A stretch of 62,070 nucleotides of DNA, the filler included, from Circinaria calcarea (lineage: Eukaryota), in the NCBI GenBank assembly GCA_051942165.1. It is 22 parts of 22 records of this genome, joined end to end, with 100 filler letters (N's around TTAATTAATTAA, not from the genome) between each part and the next. Parts side by side here need not be neighbours in the genome. Positions count along the whole stretch, not along the records: positions 48,094 to 50,812 come from JAVECS010003305.1; positions 50,913 to 53,630 come from JAVECS010003306.1; positions 53,731 to 56,447 come from JAVECS010003307.1; positions 56,548 to 59,259 come from JAVECS010003308.1; positions 59,360 to 62,070 come from JAVECS010003309.1; 17 more parts are not named here. One strand, written 5' to 3'. Both the position numbers and the translations under genes were made by a program. Under the pieces are notes generated by a model. It saw only the letters and a program-made list of their open reading frames with translations. It ran no database searches and was not told the origin of the DNA. Below, one piece after another: positions 49,273-62,070 of the stretch (position 1 is its first letter; every line of letters begins with the position of its first letter).

Positions 49273-49860
49273 GTCGTTAGAACAAGGGAGTAACGGAACC
49301 GGAAATAGGGGTCAGGGACTTTCAAGGGGCTCTTTAAGAATTTCCATGAGAATTAGGGCAGTTGGGTATTTGTGCATCTTAATCACAGCATCACCGCAGT
49401 TCAGAAGAAGGGCTTTACTAAAGCTGCATGGGCTTCATATGCGGTGCGGTGCCTCTTTACTTCGTTGTATATATATAGAAACACAGCACATCCTTTTTGC
49501 TGTATTCCCGTCGTCTTGTGCTGTGCTAAGGGTAATTTCAATTGGATTTTTGAACAGGGCTCTCTCTTAGCAGGCTCGGCTCTAGCAACTCTTTTCTGTC
49601 AAAAGGGGCTCAGACATGTAAGAAGCCAGTGGGGCTGGATTCCCTTACTTAACGTGAGGGGGATCTTTTTTTTCTCCAGAGAATTCCAATTGGTTAAACA
49701 TCGTAACGAAAAAACGTGACTTTTCAATGCTCTCGCGCGAAAAAAAAAAAGACTGTCGTAGTTCGCTGTTTACGCCGTTTAACCTTTTAGAGCCCGTGGG
49801 AAGTACCAGAGATCCCTGAGCTATGCCGCATCCGGTTAAATACTGTAGTATTCCCCCCCC

Positions 49861-50673
49861 CCCCCAATTTTTAATAATTGATTATTATAGAACAATAAGA
49901 GCAATTGGTGCTATAAAAATTAAATATATTATAGATTAAATGTATAAGAATAAGAATTGATTATTAATAAATTAATTATCTAAATGCTTAGGCCTATAAA
50001 CAAACCTTTTATATGATATAATTCTAACTTTTTGTAAGGGCGCTGCAATCCTTGAGGCCTAATGAGGAATATGTTAAGTCTCGATTGGTGATAGCACGGT
50101 TACATAGGGTGTAGTTAAACTGTTGCCCTAGGCTCAACACAAGGAGTATGTCTTGAACTCGTTATGGTTCTATAAGCATGCTATTCTAAAGAGCGCAGAA
50201 TAGCCTGCCTATATACTATGGTTGCTTCCCATGCTCCCTCTGCTCCCGTTCCGCCCATGGTAAGCAAACCTTTGGTTCCCATGCTCCCCATGGTTACACG
50301 GAGCAGCATCGTAAGCAACCCGGAGTTCGGTCCCTAGTGTCCCCGGGACCTAACTCCTTTTGTCCCTAGTGCATGCTATGGTGCTGGCGCCATAACACTT
50401 TTTTTTCAACCTCCTCCTTTATTATAGCAGCTATTGGCCTTTGGACCTTTTATTTTCTAATCTTCCTGGTATTAGAATGTTCTTTATTAACCCTCCGTAG
50501 CGTCAATTGCTCCTCCTTCTCTTATTTAATAATTTTTTTTAGCTCTTTCTGAGCCTGCCTTTCTACCGCTTTTATAACCTTTATTTCCTCCGTAATTCGC
50601 TGTCTCTCAGTCAGAGTTATTACTTTTTTTTCTTTATCCTCCTCTTTTTGTTTCTTCTTAATAATAGCCTGAG
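49861..50673 (-). pseudogene. AT-rich, TpA-rich relic, possibly a decayed transposase C-terminus, interrupted by LTRs
   Basis: K/E/R-rich remnant AQAIIKKKQKEDKEKKVITLTERQRITEEIK... with stops; very AT-rich flank. Confidence 0.4.
50033..50397. mobile_element. Solo LTR, 365 bp, with 5-bp TSD CTTTT
   Basis: TGTAAGGGCGC...GCGCCATAACA ends; CTTTT at 50028-50032 and 50398-50402. Confidence 0.9.
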
Positions 50674-50812
50674 TGTAAGGGCGCTGCAATCCTTGAGGCC
50701 TAATGAGGAATATGTTAAGTCTCGATTGGTGATAGCACGGTTACATAGGGTGTAGTTGAACTGTTGCCCTAGGCTCAATAGTATGGAGTCTATTGAACAC
50801 GGTCTATAAGCA
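50674..50812. mobile_element. Second LTR copy, truncated by the contig end
   Basis: Nearly identical to 50033-50137 over about 105 bp, more diverged after that. Confidence 0.9.
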
Positions 50813-50923
50813 NNNNNNNNNNNNNNNNNNNNNNNNNNNNNNNNNNNNNNNNNNNNTTAATTAATTAANNNNNNNNNNNNNNNNNNNNNNNNNNNNNNNN
50901 NNNNNNNNNNNNTAGGCGTCATA

Positions 50924-52163
50924 ATGCCTCCCGCAGCCATCTCCACAGCTTCGATCAAGGAGGCACTCAGCTTCGTGAATAGAAGTAACCTCGAATCTCT
51001 CATCGCGTTGGTCGAGAAAATCGAAAAGGTCGTTTCCGACAGTGATACTGATACTGATCCCGAAGCCATAGTCATCCCCGTCGGTGAAATAAGCGAACGA
51101 GAAGTTTTCGAAGTCTTTGGGCTGGCAAACTCGTACGAGGAGCTTGGGTTCATTAGACGCTATATCATCCCGGAGATGAAAGCTCAGGTGTCGTCGACTC
51201 AGTCTCTGGTTGTACCAAATCCAGCCAAAGAAATCTTGGAGTCGATCGCAAAGACGTGGCCGCCGTGCAACAAATCGAATGTTAGGGTATTCATCTCGAT
51301 GGTTATCCACTTTGCCGTTGTCCAGATAAACGATGAAGTGAGATCGGGTCATGATAAATCGGCATTATCACCAAAGTGCATGTATCCACCGACCTCCACT
51401 CTAAGTGCATCGTCGCCGCTGGCGCTTGGACCGAACACCCCAGAGCAGCAATTGACCAAATTAAAATCTTCTTCGGAACATGCCGTGACGCTTATGGCGT
51501 ACACCGAAGTTCCACTCTCGTTTGAGACCATGACCGCAGCAAACAACGAGAAACTCGTTATCCATGGCGTCCTCGACTACGGAATCTCCTACTCGCTCCG
51601 CACCCTAGAGGCGCTGGACACTGTCTTCGCGGTCGTGGAAGCAAAAGCCGTGGGCGAGCTGAACGGGCAGACATGGGCCCAATTGTTATGTTCCATGGGT
51701 ATGTTCCAACCGCCTCTGGTTTGAACAGTCCATTCGTTAAATCTCCACGCCTAGCCATTCTCCAAAAGCGGCGGCAGGCCGTGGGAAATACCAATACCGC
51801 GGTATACGGATGCCTCACCGATGGTCAGTTCTACCAATTTGCAAAAATCGGTAACAAGGGCAAGGTTCGTGAAAGATTTCTAATCTTTCGTTTCCCTATT
51901 CAGGGGGCTGACTTCAGCAGGTATCGCGCTCAAGAAGTTTCCATGTTGTCAAACACATGGTCGAGATCTTCCGGTTTTTCTCACACTGTTTGCGCACCAT
52001 CATAAGGTCGTCGCCTACATCCTCACCATCAAGCCTCAGCGAAATGTCGACTGAAATATCGACCTTTGAAAATGTAACCCTACAGCCAAATTACATTTTC
52101 GAGGAAGTCGACACGCCGGGTGAAGATATCGGGACCCTGGGTTTTTTTTACATTGGTGAATAG
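50924..52163 (+). CDS. Putative PD-(D/E)xK restriction-endonuclease-fold protein; introns 51699-51754, 51865-51920
   Basis: TEVPL..HGVLDYG..VVEAK..WAQLL..VYGCLTDGQFYQF motif series. Canonical introns give a continuous frame. Confidence 0.65.
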
Positions 52164-52898
52164 ATAAGAGACTAAAGTAAGGTATCCGATATATTTTTGT
52201 CGAATGCATTTCAAAAGTTATGGCGGGTAGGTTTTGCTTATTCCAGCAAGGGCCATAAGCGCTTCTGTTTCATAGAGATGGAGACTTCACCGGAAGAATG
52301 ATCAATAGAAAAGGGAAAAAGGGAAAAAGGGAGAACAAGAAAGCTATTTCCAAACAGGCCGCCCTAACCCCCTCCTCTTTCCTTTTACACATAACCAGAA
52401 ACTACAAGTAAAAAATGGAAGCCCCTGGGAGAAGATAGGAATATAAAAGCTCTGCCTTTTTCTCGGGATTATGTTACCATTGAAGAATTAGAAGCACTAT
52501 TAAAAGAAAAAGGCCGAGGCTAGTCTCGAATAAGCGAGGATGAGGTGATGTGATTTGGGCTTATTAGAGTTCTGGTTTTTTTTCAAGTTATGGAGTGTAA
52601 AAAGTGGAGGGAGGGGGGGGACCCGAGGACTTTTTCACCGGGGGATGTACAGCCCCCAGTTCATCGATCTCATTATTCATGTCACAGAAAACTTTGTCCA
52701 TTATTAGAACGACTAAGAACAGATAAGATGCCAAACAATCTCTTCTTGTCACGGGAGTGCACGCATCATGAAAATGGGTGATAGAGTTGCTTTCTTCCAT
52801 CTTTTCCTTCCCGAAGGCAGGCTTTTAAAGCCCAAAAGGCCTTAGTCAGCTACCTAACTCGTTCCTTCCTTTCCCATAACACTTCTGATGCATAAAGA

Positions 52899-53630
52899 TT
52901 ACGAATCACTTCGAGCTCGTTTCTGCGGTATCATGGGCCGGGATGGCTCGTTGGATTGATTGTCGGTACTTTCCTTCGCTGTGTTGTCCGCCTGGCCGGT
53001 CGAACCCTCATGTGGGAGCTTAACCATACGCAGATCCATGATCTCGTCATACTTTCTGGCGAGGCACCGTCGTAGTTTGTCTTGGGGAAACCGTTGGAAG
53101 ATCTCTTGCGCCTTTGAAACACGTTCCTCCCATTTTGCATGATCCTGCTCCCATCCCTTTAAAGTTTTTGTGACAGTGTACACTGGTGGATTTTGCGATA
53201 GGTCCTTTGACATTTTGCATTGGTCGGGCACCGAACACTCGAAATGCCAACAATTCATAGGCAAGATAAATCCACGACTTTCTTCTCCTGGATCTGCCAG
53301 AAATTCTTGGAGCGGTTGACATTCTTCACACATTGAACGACAACATTTCACTTTGTCATTCGGTCGGGCCCAATCGCTTGGCATCTCCGGCTCTTTCTGT
53401 ACGACTCGTGTGATGTACGTTGCCATTATCGATTGGTAAAACTGGCAAGCATTGCTCGGGCACAGATCCACAATATAGATCAACTGCTCCAGAAGTGGAA
53501 TAACAAGTCTGTCTAGTTCTTCACAAGGGAGGCTTTCGGTCTGTGATTGAATTTGATCTAGTAGCTCAGAAGCTTGCTTCCCATCAGTCTGGAGGAGTTG
53601 CTGATGCAGTTCCACCACAAGACTCGCATC
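52899..53630 (-). CDS. C-terminus of a large fungal protein (tail seen in 2OG-Fe(II) oxygenase-domain proteins), 5'-partial
   Basis: P.DWARP..CCRSMCEECQPLQEFLADP..PPVYTVTKT..W..R. The catalytic domain is not visible. Confidence 0.55.
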   Translation of the reverse strand, partial: DASLVVELHQQLLQTDGKQASELLDQIQSQTESLPCEELDRLVIPLLEQLIYIVDLCPSNACQFYQSIMATYITRVVQKEPEMPSDWARPNDKVKCCRSMCEECQPLQEFLADPGEESRGFILPMNCWHFECSVPDQCKMSKDLSQNPPVYTVTKTLKGWEQDHAKWEERVSKAQEIFQRFPQDKLRRCLARKYDEIMDLRMVKLPHEGSTGQADNTAKESTDNQSNEPSRPMIPQKRARSDS

Positions 53631-54545
53631 NNNNNNNNNNNNNNNNNNNNNNNNNNNNNNNNNNNNNNNNNNNNTTAATTAATTAANNNNNNNNNNNNNN
53701 NNNNNNNNNNNNNNNNNNNNNNNNNNNNNNCAGCGAGGGACAGATAGTTGGGTGGGGCGGAAGAGTTGGGCGTTTTGATAGAAGGTTTGAGAGCGTGTTG
53801 GGTTGGAAGAAGGAAGAAGGAGGGGGGATGGGACGGTGATCGATCGGGGATCAGATCCCGGAAGCGAAATATCTAAATTTTATCATAGCGGTTAAACCGG
53901 GGGGTCAGAGGGAAAGAAAGTAGCAGGGCATTGTGCGAAAAGTGTATATATAGTAAACTGAAATCTGCCTTTGAACCTTTTTCTTCTCGATTCTGCGTTG
54001 TTTAAGGATGTGGCTGTGGCTGTAGCTGGTTAGAACTCGAGGCTCGAGGAAGTGGTGGTGGTGGTAAACTCCGTTTTAGAAAACGGAGGGGTTGCTGGGG
54101 AGTGCGAGACGTGGTTTATATAGAATTGAAGAGAACTTGACTAACTGAAGGCGCAGAGCGGAAGAGGGTATAGTGATGGGAGGGAGATGACTTGATTCAA
54201 GGTTGGCATGAATGAAGATGTCATCTTCATACACTTTAAGGGGCCGTAATCTATAGTAGGAGCTCCCCGTTCCGTGTTTGAACTTGGTCAAAATACAACA
54301 ATGCATGGATATTCGCATGGAACGAACAGATAACCGAGCAGGCCCCTTGGTAACCCAACAAGAAGGCCCCAGAGAGAAAACAAAGTGCTAGAAGGGTGTC
54401 GATAACTAGCGGATTAGCCAGCAGAAAATTTCACAATGACAGAGGATACTCTGAATAGAAACACATAATGTCATCTATTTCATGCTATATACAAACAGAG
54501 CGAACCACTAACACCCAAAAGATGCTTAAAACCCGTCCATCTCCC

Positions 54546-56447
<1,902 letters not shown>

Positions 56448-56547
56448 NNNNNNNNNNNNNNNNNNNNNNNNNNNNNNNNNNNNNNNNNNNNTTAATTAAT
56501 TAANNNNNNNNNNNNNNNNNNNNNNNNNNNNNNNNNNNNNNNNNNNN

Positions 56548-57753
56548 GCTCGAGCTGGGTGGTCGAGCCAAAAGCTTCTTCATCCCAGTAGAGCTTTCTG
56601 AGCCATTTATGTAACGCGGGATACCCAGAACGGATGTCTCGTATGTTACACTTAAAGTGCTGAACGTAGACAACGTCGAATCGGACAATGGTGGTGTAAA
56701 GGCGCACATCGGCTTCGGTGATAGAGGAGCCAAAATAATAGGGGGAAGCATTGGCGGAAAGATGGGCCTCAACGCGGTCCAGTGACTTAAACAGCTGCGA
56801 GACTGCTTCCTCGTAGGCTTCTTGCGTCCTGGATGAATATGAGTGATTTTGGTGGTACGCAAGGTCGTGAAGCTTAACCTACGTAGCAAAACCTGACTTA
56901 TAAACCCCGTTATTGATATCATCATACGTCCATGAGTTCGTCCCGTCAATCTCTTTTCTCAAATTCTCAGGATAAAGATCAACATTCTTGTACTTCGCAG
57001 ACAGAAGGTCATCGAATTCGGTGTAGAACATGCGGATGATTTCGCTAGACTCGTTGCTGACAATTTTCCCTTGCTTAACATCATAGAGGGTAGGGACAGT
57101 AAATCGACCTTTATACTCTGGATCGACCTTCAACCCAACTCAATCGATATTCACCCATGGCCCGGTTCGTTACTTACTTTGAAGTAAATATCCCTTAGAT
57201 GGGTAAACCCTTCATGGATAGGGTCCGGGCCCACATTCTCCCCAGGGAGCTTCTCGTCAGCTGCGGCGAAGTGCCATCCTTTCAAGGAAGAAATCAGACA
57301 CCTGACGAATACAAGAGGCTTCGAGGTAACCCACCCTTTTCTTGCATATGCCAGTGCACTAGACATGGAAAGTCAGCAATGACCTCCTTAAAGCTCATCT
57401 AATACGACATGCCCGAAGTGTACGGGATGAACTCCTCCAGGCCCTTCAGCTTCCGAACTATAAGTGTTCGGTGGGCTTGTAAATATCAGCGAGCTCGTCC
57501 TTTTCCTTCCGGCTGTGACCTGACACTAACCCCACGGACAAGCATAAGAAACATAGAGATGGTATCGACCCTTCTCCGGCGGGAATTCGGCGCCTGGTTT
57601 CTTCGAAATGAAGTTGCGAAAGGCCGACTGTCCACGCTTGAACTCTCCGGTGCCCTTTTCCGCCCAATTGGTAATGCCGCTGCCACTCTGGCGCACGCCC
57701 TTGGTTAGCAGCTGGGCAGAGGACAGCGGTCATGGAAGGCAACATACCGACAT
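56548..57753 (-). CDS. ECM4: Glutathionyl-hydroquinone reductase (omega-like GST, Ecm4), 3'-partial, multi-exon
   Basis: RYHLYVSYACPWAHRTLI, RFTVP, IVSNESSEIIR, INNGVYKSGFA, TEADVRLYTTIVRFD.VY.QHFKCN. Confidence 0.93.
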
Positions 57754-58440
57754 GTTTGCAGTAGGGAATAGTTGGAAGACTAAGTGCTGTCTGGCAAGAT
57801 GCCTTTGGAGAAGGATGCTTCTTGGGAGGACAGTAAACATGGAAGGAATAGGGAGTTGTACAGGACGGCTCTGCCACCATAATATACCGGGACCATGACC
57901 TCTACCTTAGCCCTGACGCGGGGTCAGCGTCATTGACAAGGCTCTAAGGACCATTCTCTAGCTCGCCATTGGCTGACGGAGTGATTATTCAGGACATTTA
58001 ACGTCCTCTCTTATTAAAACATAATGACAGTGCAGATTGTGCGATGTGCCGGTGCCACATCCGTACAATTGGTTACTTAGGAAAATGCGTGGGGTGGGCA
58101 GATGCCACTTGAAATATAGATACTTGGTCAAGCGGTTGACAAGGTAATCAGCCATGGATCACCGAGCCTTTACTCTAGAGGTATCAGCTGACAAAACTCC
58201 TCCGGTTCTGTAGTCGTGCACTTTAAAAAAAAAGAGAGAAACGCCTGGAGTGGTGGCACAGTGTCCATTTACACTTCATCTTAGTCTAGAATCATACCAT
58301 GCATCCTTCATGAGGGACAGACAACCTATGCACGCCCGCTCTTCTATACTGTGCCTAAAAAACTTTCCTAGCAATGCATGCTTCGTGCCCGATATCACCA
58401 TCCAACTGACCGAACGCCCCATACACTGTCCACCCATCAT

Positions 58441-59259
58441 TTATTTCCGCAGCTTGAGCATGACATATGGAATCTCAACGTCTTCTCCGGACTGGTCCTC
58501 GCAGGTGACTAATAACCATGGGATTAGCCAGCCCTCTAGAGGTAAGGTAGGGTTGATATAGGCAGGACTTACCTTCGAAAATCACGTTGCTCTGATGTTC
58601 AGGAATGGGCTTCTTGCTGATGGTCTCAACAAGCTTGTCCAGCCTAATGTCGAAAACATTAGGGAAATTTCACCTCCTGTTTGAACGAGACTTACCTTAG
58701 CGGCATCCTGTCCTTCAGCTTACTTGGCGGATAGAAACTCGCATACAGCAAACTGACGCCGGAGCTAATCATCGTCACATCGAGGCCCTTGTCTTCAAAA
58801 TCCTTCAAGAAATCTGTTAGGGTGACATTCTCCACCTCGAAGCGATCCCAAAGCTTATCGATTGGGACCTTGCCGTCCTTTCCGAGGTACTCGCCCTTGG
58901 GACTCTCAATCGGTTCGCTAAAGCCAAAGAACGGTAGGGCAAGATTGACGAATCCATTCTTGTACTGCTCTAGGTCGGTTTTTCCGTCAATGATCTTGTA
59001 GAGCTCGAGAACGATCAAGCCGGTCGCTAGAGCTGTCGTCGTTGCAATCGCTGGTATGATCTTCCCCGCGATAAACTTGGTCTTGTGTCGATCGGCGGCC
59101 GGGATTGCATAATTTTCGGCTCTTAGATTACTGGCCGCCGCAATGAAATCAATGTGATGGTTTGAGTCGTCGTCCTTCTCGAACTCGACAGGTTCGAGCT
59201 TGAAACCTGGTAGAGATTTGGGCGGTGGTAACATAGAGGCTATCTTTTGCAACTCGTCA
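58441..59259 (-). CDS. UBA1: Ubiquitin-activating enzyme E1 C-terminus, 5'-partial, two introns
   Basis: [59 protein letters not shown]. Confidence 0.97.
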
Positions 59260-59359
59260 NNNNNNNNNNNNNNNNNNNNNNNNNNNNNNNNNNNNNNNNN
59301 NNNTTAATTAATTAANNNNNNNNNNNNNNNNNNNNNNNNNNNNNNNNNNNNNNNNNNNN

Positions 59360-61061
59360 GTTCCAAGCGGCGTAAACTGAGCGTATCAAGCAATATGCAT
59401 CTTCGACCATCACCTAGGGCTCATCGGTTAAGTACAGCGACACCCGCCGTTAGCAGTCATCTTCATGAAAGCCTGAGCAGCTCTACACTCGAGCAGCCCG
59501 GATCCAGTGGCTTACGAATGATACGAAGCTCTTCCATGAAAGGAGCAGATGCTCCAGCGGTAGAGTTGAACAATGCAAGCATCCACCACGTACGGAAATT
59601 GCGGCGCCAGTTACTGCAAGATTCTTACATAAATAATTCGAGTAACTAGGAAAAAGCACTCATGCCCATTCTCCTCCGAGCTACTGACGATGTTAACCCT
59701 GACAACCAAAGAGGCGATGACATTGACATTCGACACTATGTAAAGCTGAGATCAATCCCTAAAGGTCGACCTGGCGACAAATCGCACGTATTTGGTCTTA
59801 TTCTCACAAGGAACTTGGCTTTGAAAAGCGTCCCCCGTAACATATCACACCCTGATATCCTTATTCTCACGCTTCTAATCGAGTATCCGCGCCATCAGCA
59901 GCAGTTAATGAGCCTAGAGCCTGCAATTCGACAAGAAAGAGAATACCTCCAAACTTGGTTCATCGAATAGCTTCGCTTCGTCCCCAAGTTCTATTAATTC
60001 AACGCAACGTTTCACGTCTAGCCTCGAATTTGTACAGTAGGCAAAAATAGCTACAGCCTATAATGTCAGATCTTCAGTTCTTGAAGCCGTCTTTCGCTGT
60101 ACTCAAATACGAATCACATCGTCTATCGATAAACTTGCGATTAAACCCGTTCAAACTGGAAAATGCGCTGACTTTTATCTCAAGACCTATGTGTTTGATG
60201 GCAAAAGAAAGACCTACATGTTTCTCGCCGGGTGTCAGAAGGAACTAGAATGCACTATTTTTCTCCGGGAAGGCAAGAATGAAGTCCTAGGCAAAATCGA
60301 GCGGATTACCGAGTTCTTGGTCTACGTCGTGAATAATTTCAAATTCGAGACTTCTCTGATGAGAGACGAGTTTGCCTCAATTCCATCATGTACTGGCGTG
60401 GGCTCTCTATCATCTGACAAGGAGACGTCTAGGCTAGCGGACCTAGAACATTCCCATGAAGGAGATGCATCAGCAGACGCGAAAAGACGAGCCAGTGATC
60501 GGCTTGGAGAGGAGGATCATCGTGCCAAGCAGACTTTAGCTGACATTTCAAACGCGGAGGCGCTCACCCGCAGCCAAGTATACTTCCCAGCACATGAGAC
60601 TGCCGTAGACAGCATGTCTGGGCCAATTGAAATGCCCGAAGACATTCCCTTACTAACCTTTTATTGTGATATATTCGAAAACCACAAAACTAAGATGCTC
60701 TCTGCCTCTCCGTTCGTCAAATTCATGCAACCTGATCTGTTGATGAGAGCTAGAAAACAAGAGCGCAGGTTGTGTTGGAAGTCACCCTTTAGACCCGATC
60801 AGGCTTAGCGGCGTGTTGTCTTTTCCATAGCATAAAAGGCAAGCACGCACACATAGAAATGCAAGCAACCTTCATATTCTGCATGCCCACCTGCCTTTGT
60901 TCAACAGGCGGTATATCTCAAACGCTTACGCGATCAGGACGACGTGGAGGAGGAACAATAAAATAGACTTACTTTTCGGGGAATAGCAATTTGTTCGATT
61001 CGTATGCCCACCAAAATATTGCGAGATGCTATATTGTTATATACACTGTGACCACGGTGCG
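59360..61061 (+). pseudogene. FAB1: Decayed fragment of PI3P 5-kinase FAB1/PIKfyve (CCT-like domain region)
   Basis: VELNNASIHHVRKL, *EKALMPILLRATDDVNPD..GDDIDIRHYVKL, SLEPAIRQEREYL, FETSLMRDEF, LSASPFVKFMQP, LFDSYAHQNI. Stops, frameshift near 59950, LTR-like insertion, internal deletion. Confidence 0.88.
60773..60906. mobile_element. 134-bp Copia-like solo LTR inserted in the FAB1 pseudogene
   Basis: TGTTGG...TCAACA ends; splits QERRL|VYLKRLRDQD; degenerate TSD. Confidence 0.7.
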
Positions 61062-62070
61062 AGGGGTGAAAAGCGATGCCTTAAATTCCTCCTGCTGCTG
61101 CTATTTGACTGCCGCTAATATACGAGCTCTTAACTCTTGAATGTTAGCGGTCAGATGCCCCTTTTTCTTCTTTTTTGAAGCCGCACTAACAGCCGCATTT
61201 ACCTTAGGTCCTCCGCTCCGGGGTGGAGGTTTCACTCTTGCCCCTCTGGTCGATGCCGTCGATACGAACGTTCTGGATCTCGCCAACAAGGTCCTCAATT
61301 TTCTCCTTGTCGCTGAACCCATGCCACTTCTCATCATCATCGGTGCTAGCGACGCTTCCTGCGGACTCGCTTTGCCCATCATCGCTCTCCTTATTACAAT
61401 TCCGTCTGTTATGATTTTAACTTCGACAGTAAGTACATCTTCGGGGCTTCTTTGCCAGATTTTCAAAGCTCGTTTGCAAATACGCTTTTCCCTTGGCCGT
61501 CCTTTTGGCTTGATATACCTCGAAGCTAGGCAGGAAGTATCACTGGTTAGGCTTCCTATCTCAAGATGAGGCATAGACATCTGATAAGTATTCCTATATG
61601 CCTCCATCATATAAAACTCACTAACATAACCCTCAGGTTCAAGGTTATGTTCACGGCACAACGCAATTGCATGCCGGCAGAGCAATATCATGTCTTGAAA
61701 AGCCAGGCAAGTGCACGTTCTATTGGCTAATTCCCCGGTAAATTGCTTTCTTCCCCGACTGACCAATACTGTAGTCTCGCTGGAGGGTTTAATAGTGAAT
61801 CTTCTCGAGTTAGAAAGTTCAATTTTCAGTTAAGTTCTTGATGTATTAGTGGTTCGGTTTCTCTTATGCTGCTTGCGCTGTCTAGAATAGAACTTCTGCA
61901 TTGAATTATTCTATATTTTGGCAAAAAGGAAGACCACAGGTAACTTTCTCGCTTTCAGCCAATGTGCATTGACTGACTCCTGAACATTCGAGGTTATATG
62001 TCCGAATCGAGGTCGGGTATAGCGGGGTATGAGAGTAAGATGCTGGCGGGGGTGTTGTGGGGGTATGATG
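61062..62070 (-). mobile_element. Mutator-like (MULE) transposase relic, 3' part
   Basis: RFGHITSNVQESVN, SWIM finger CTC..FQ...LLCRHA, KGRPREKR, and a frameshifted zinc knuckle RCTYCRS*NHNRRNC; internal stops. Confidence 0.85.

Overview
Filamentous ascomycete (Pezizomycotina) genomic DNA with spliceosomal introns, not a continuous locus. The window is 22 short contigs sorted by decreasing length (2739 to 2711 bp) and joined by an artificial 100-bp N-TTAATTAATTAA-N spacer, so adjacency across spacers means nothing and most genes are partial. Recognisable genes: MFS sugar porter, DHA1 transporter start, annexin ANXC4, P450 tail, Mug65/Spo73, Med19, a bHLH factor, a fungal-specific TF, a GNAT, HEX1, PIG-P, a histidine phosphatase, an AAA ATPase, MSN5, NDUFA13, TRM10, an NDT80-family TF, SDH1, ECM4-type GST and UBA1. 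Mobile and decayed DNA: a Tad1-like LINE ORF2, solo LTRs, a MITE cluster, a MULE relic, and pseudogenes with RIP-type changes including a FAB1 copy. Most interesting: HEX1 has a 188-codon spliced, open upstream extension with no AUG in any frame, starting at a CUG in ideal context, which suggests a non-AUG-initiated long Woronin-body protein isoform. All calls were made by eye, without database searches.
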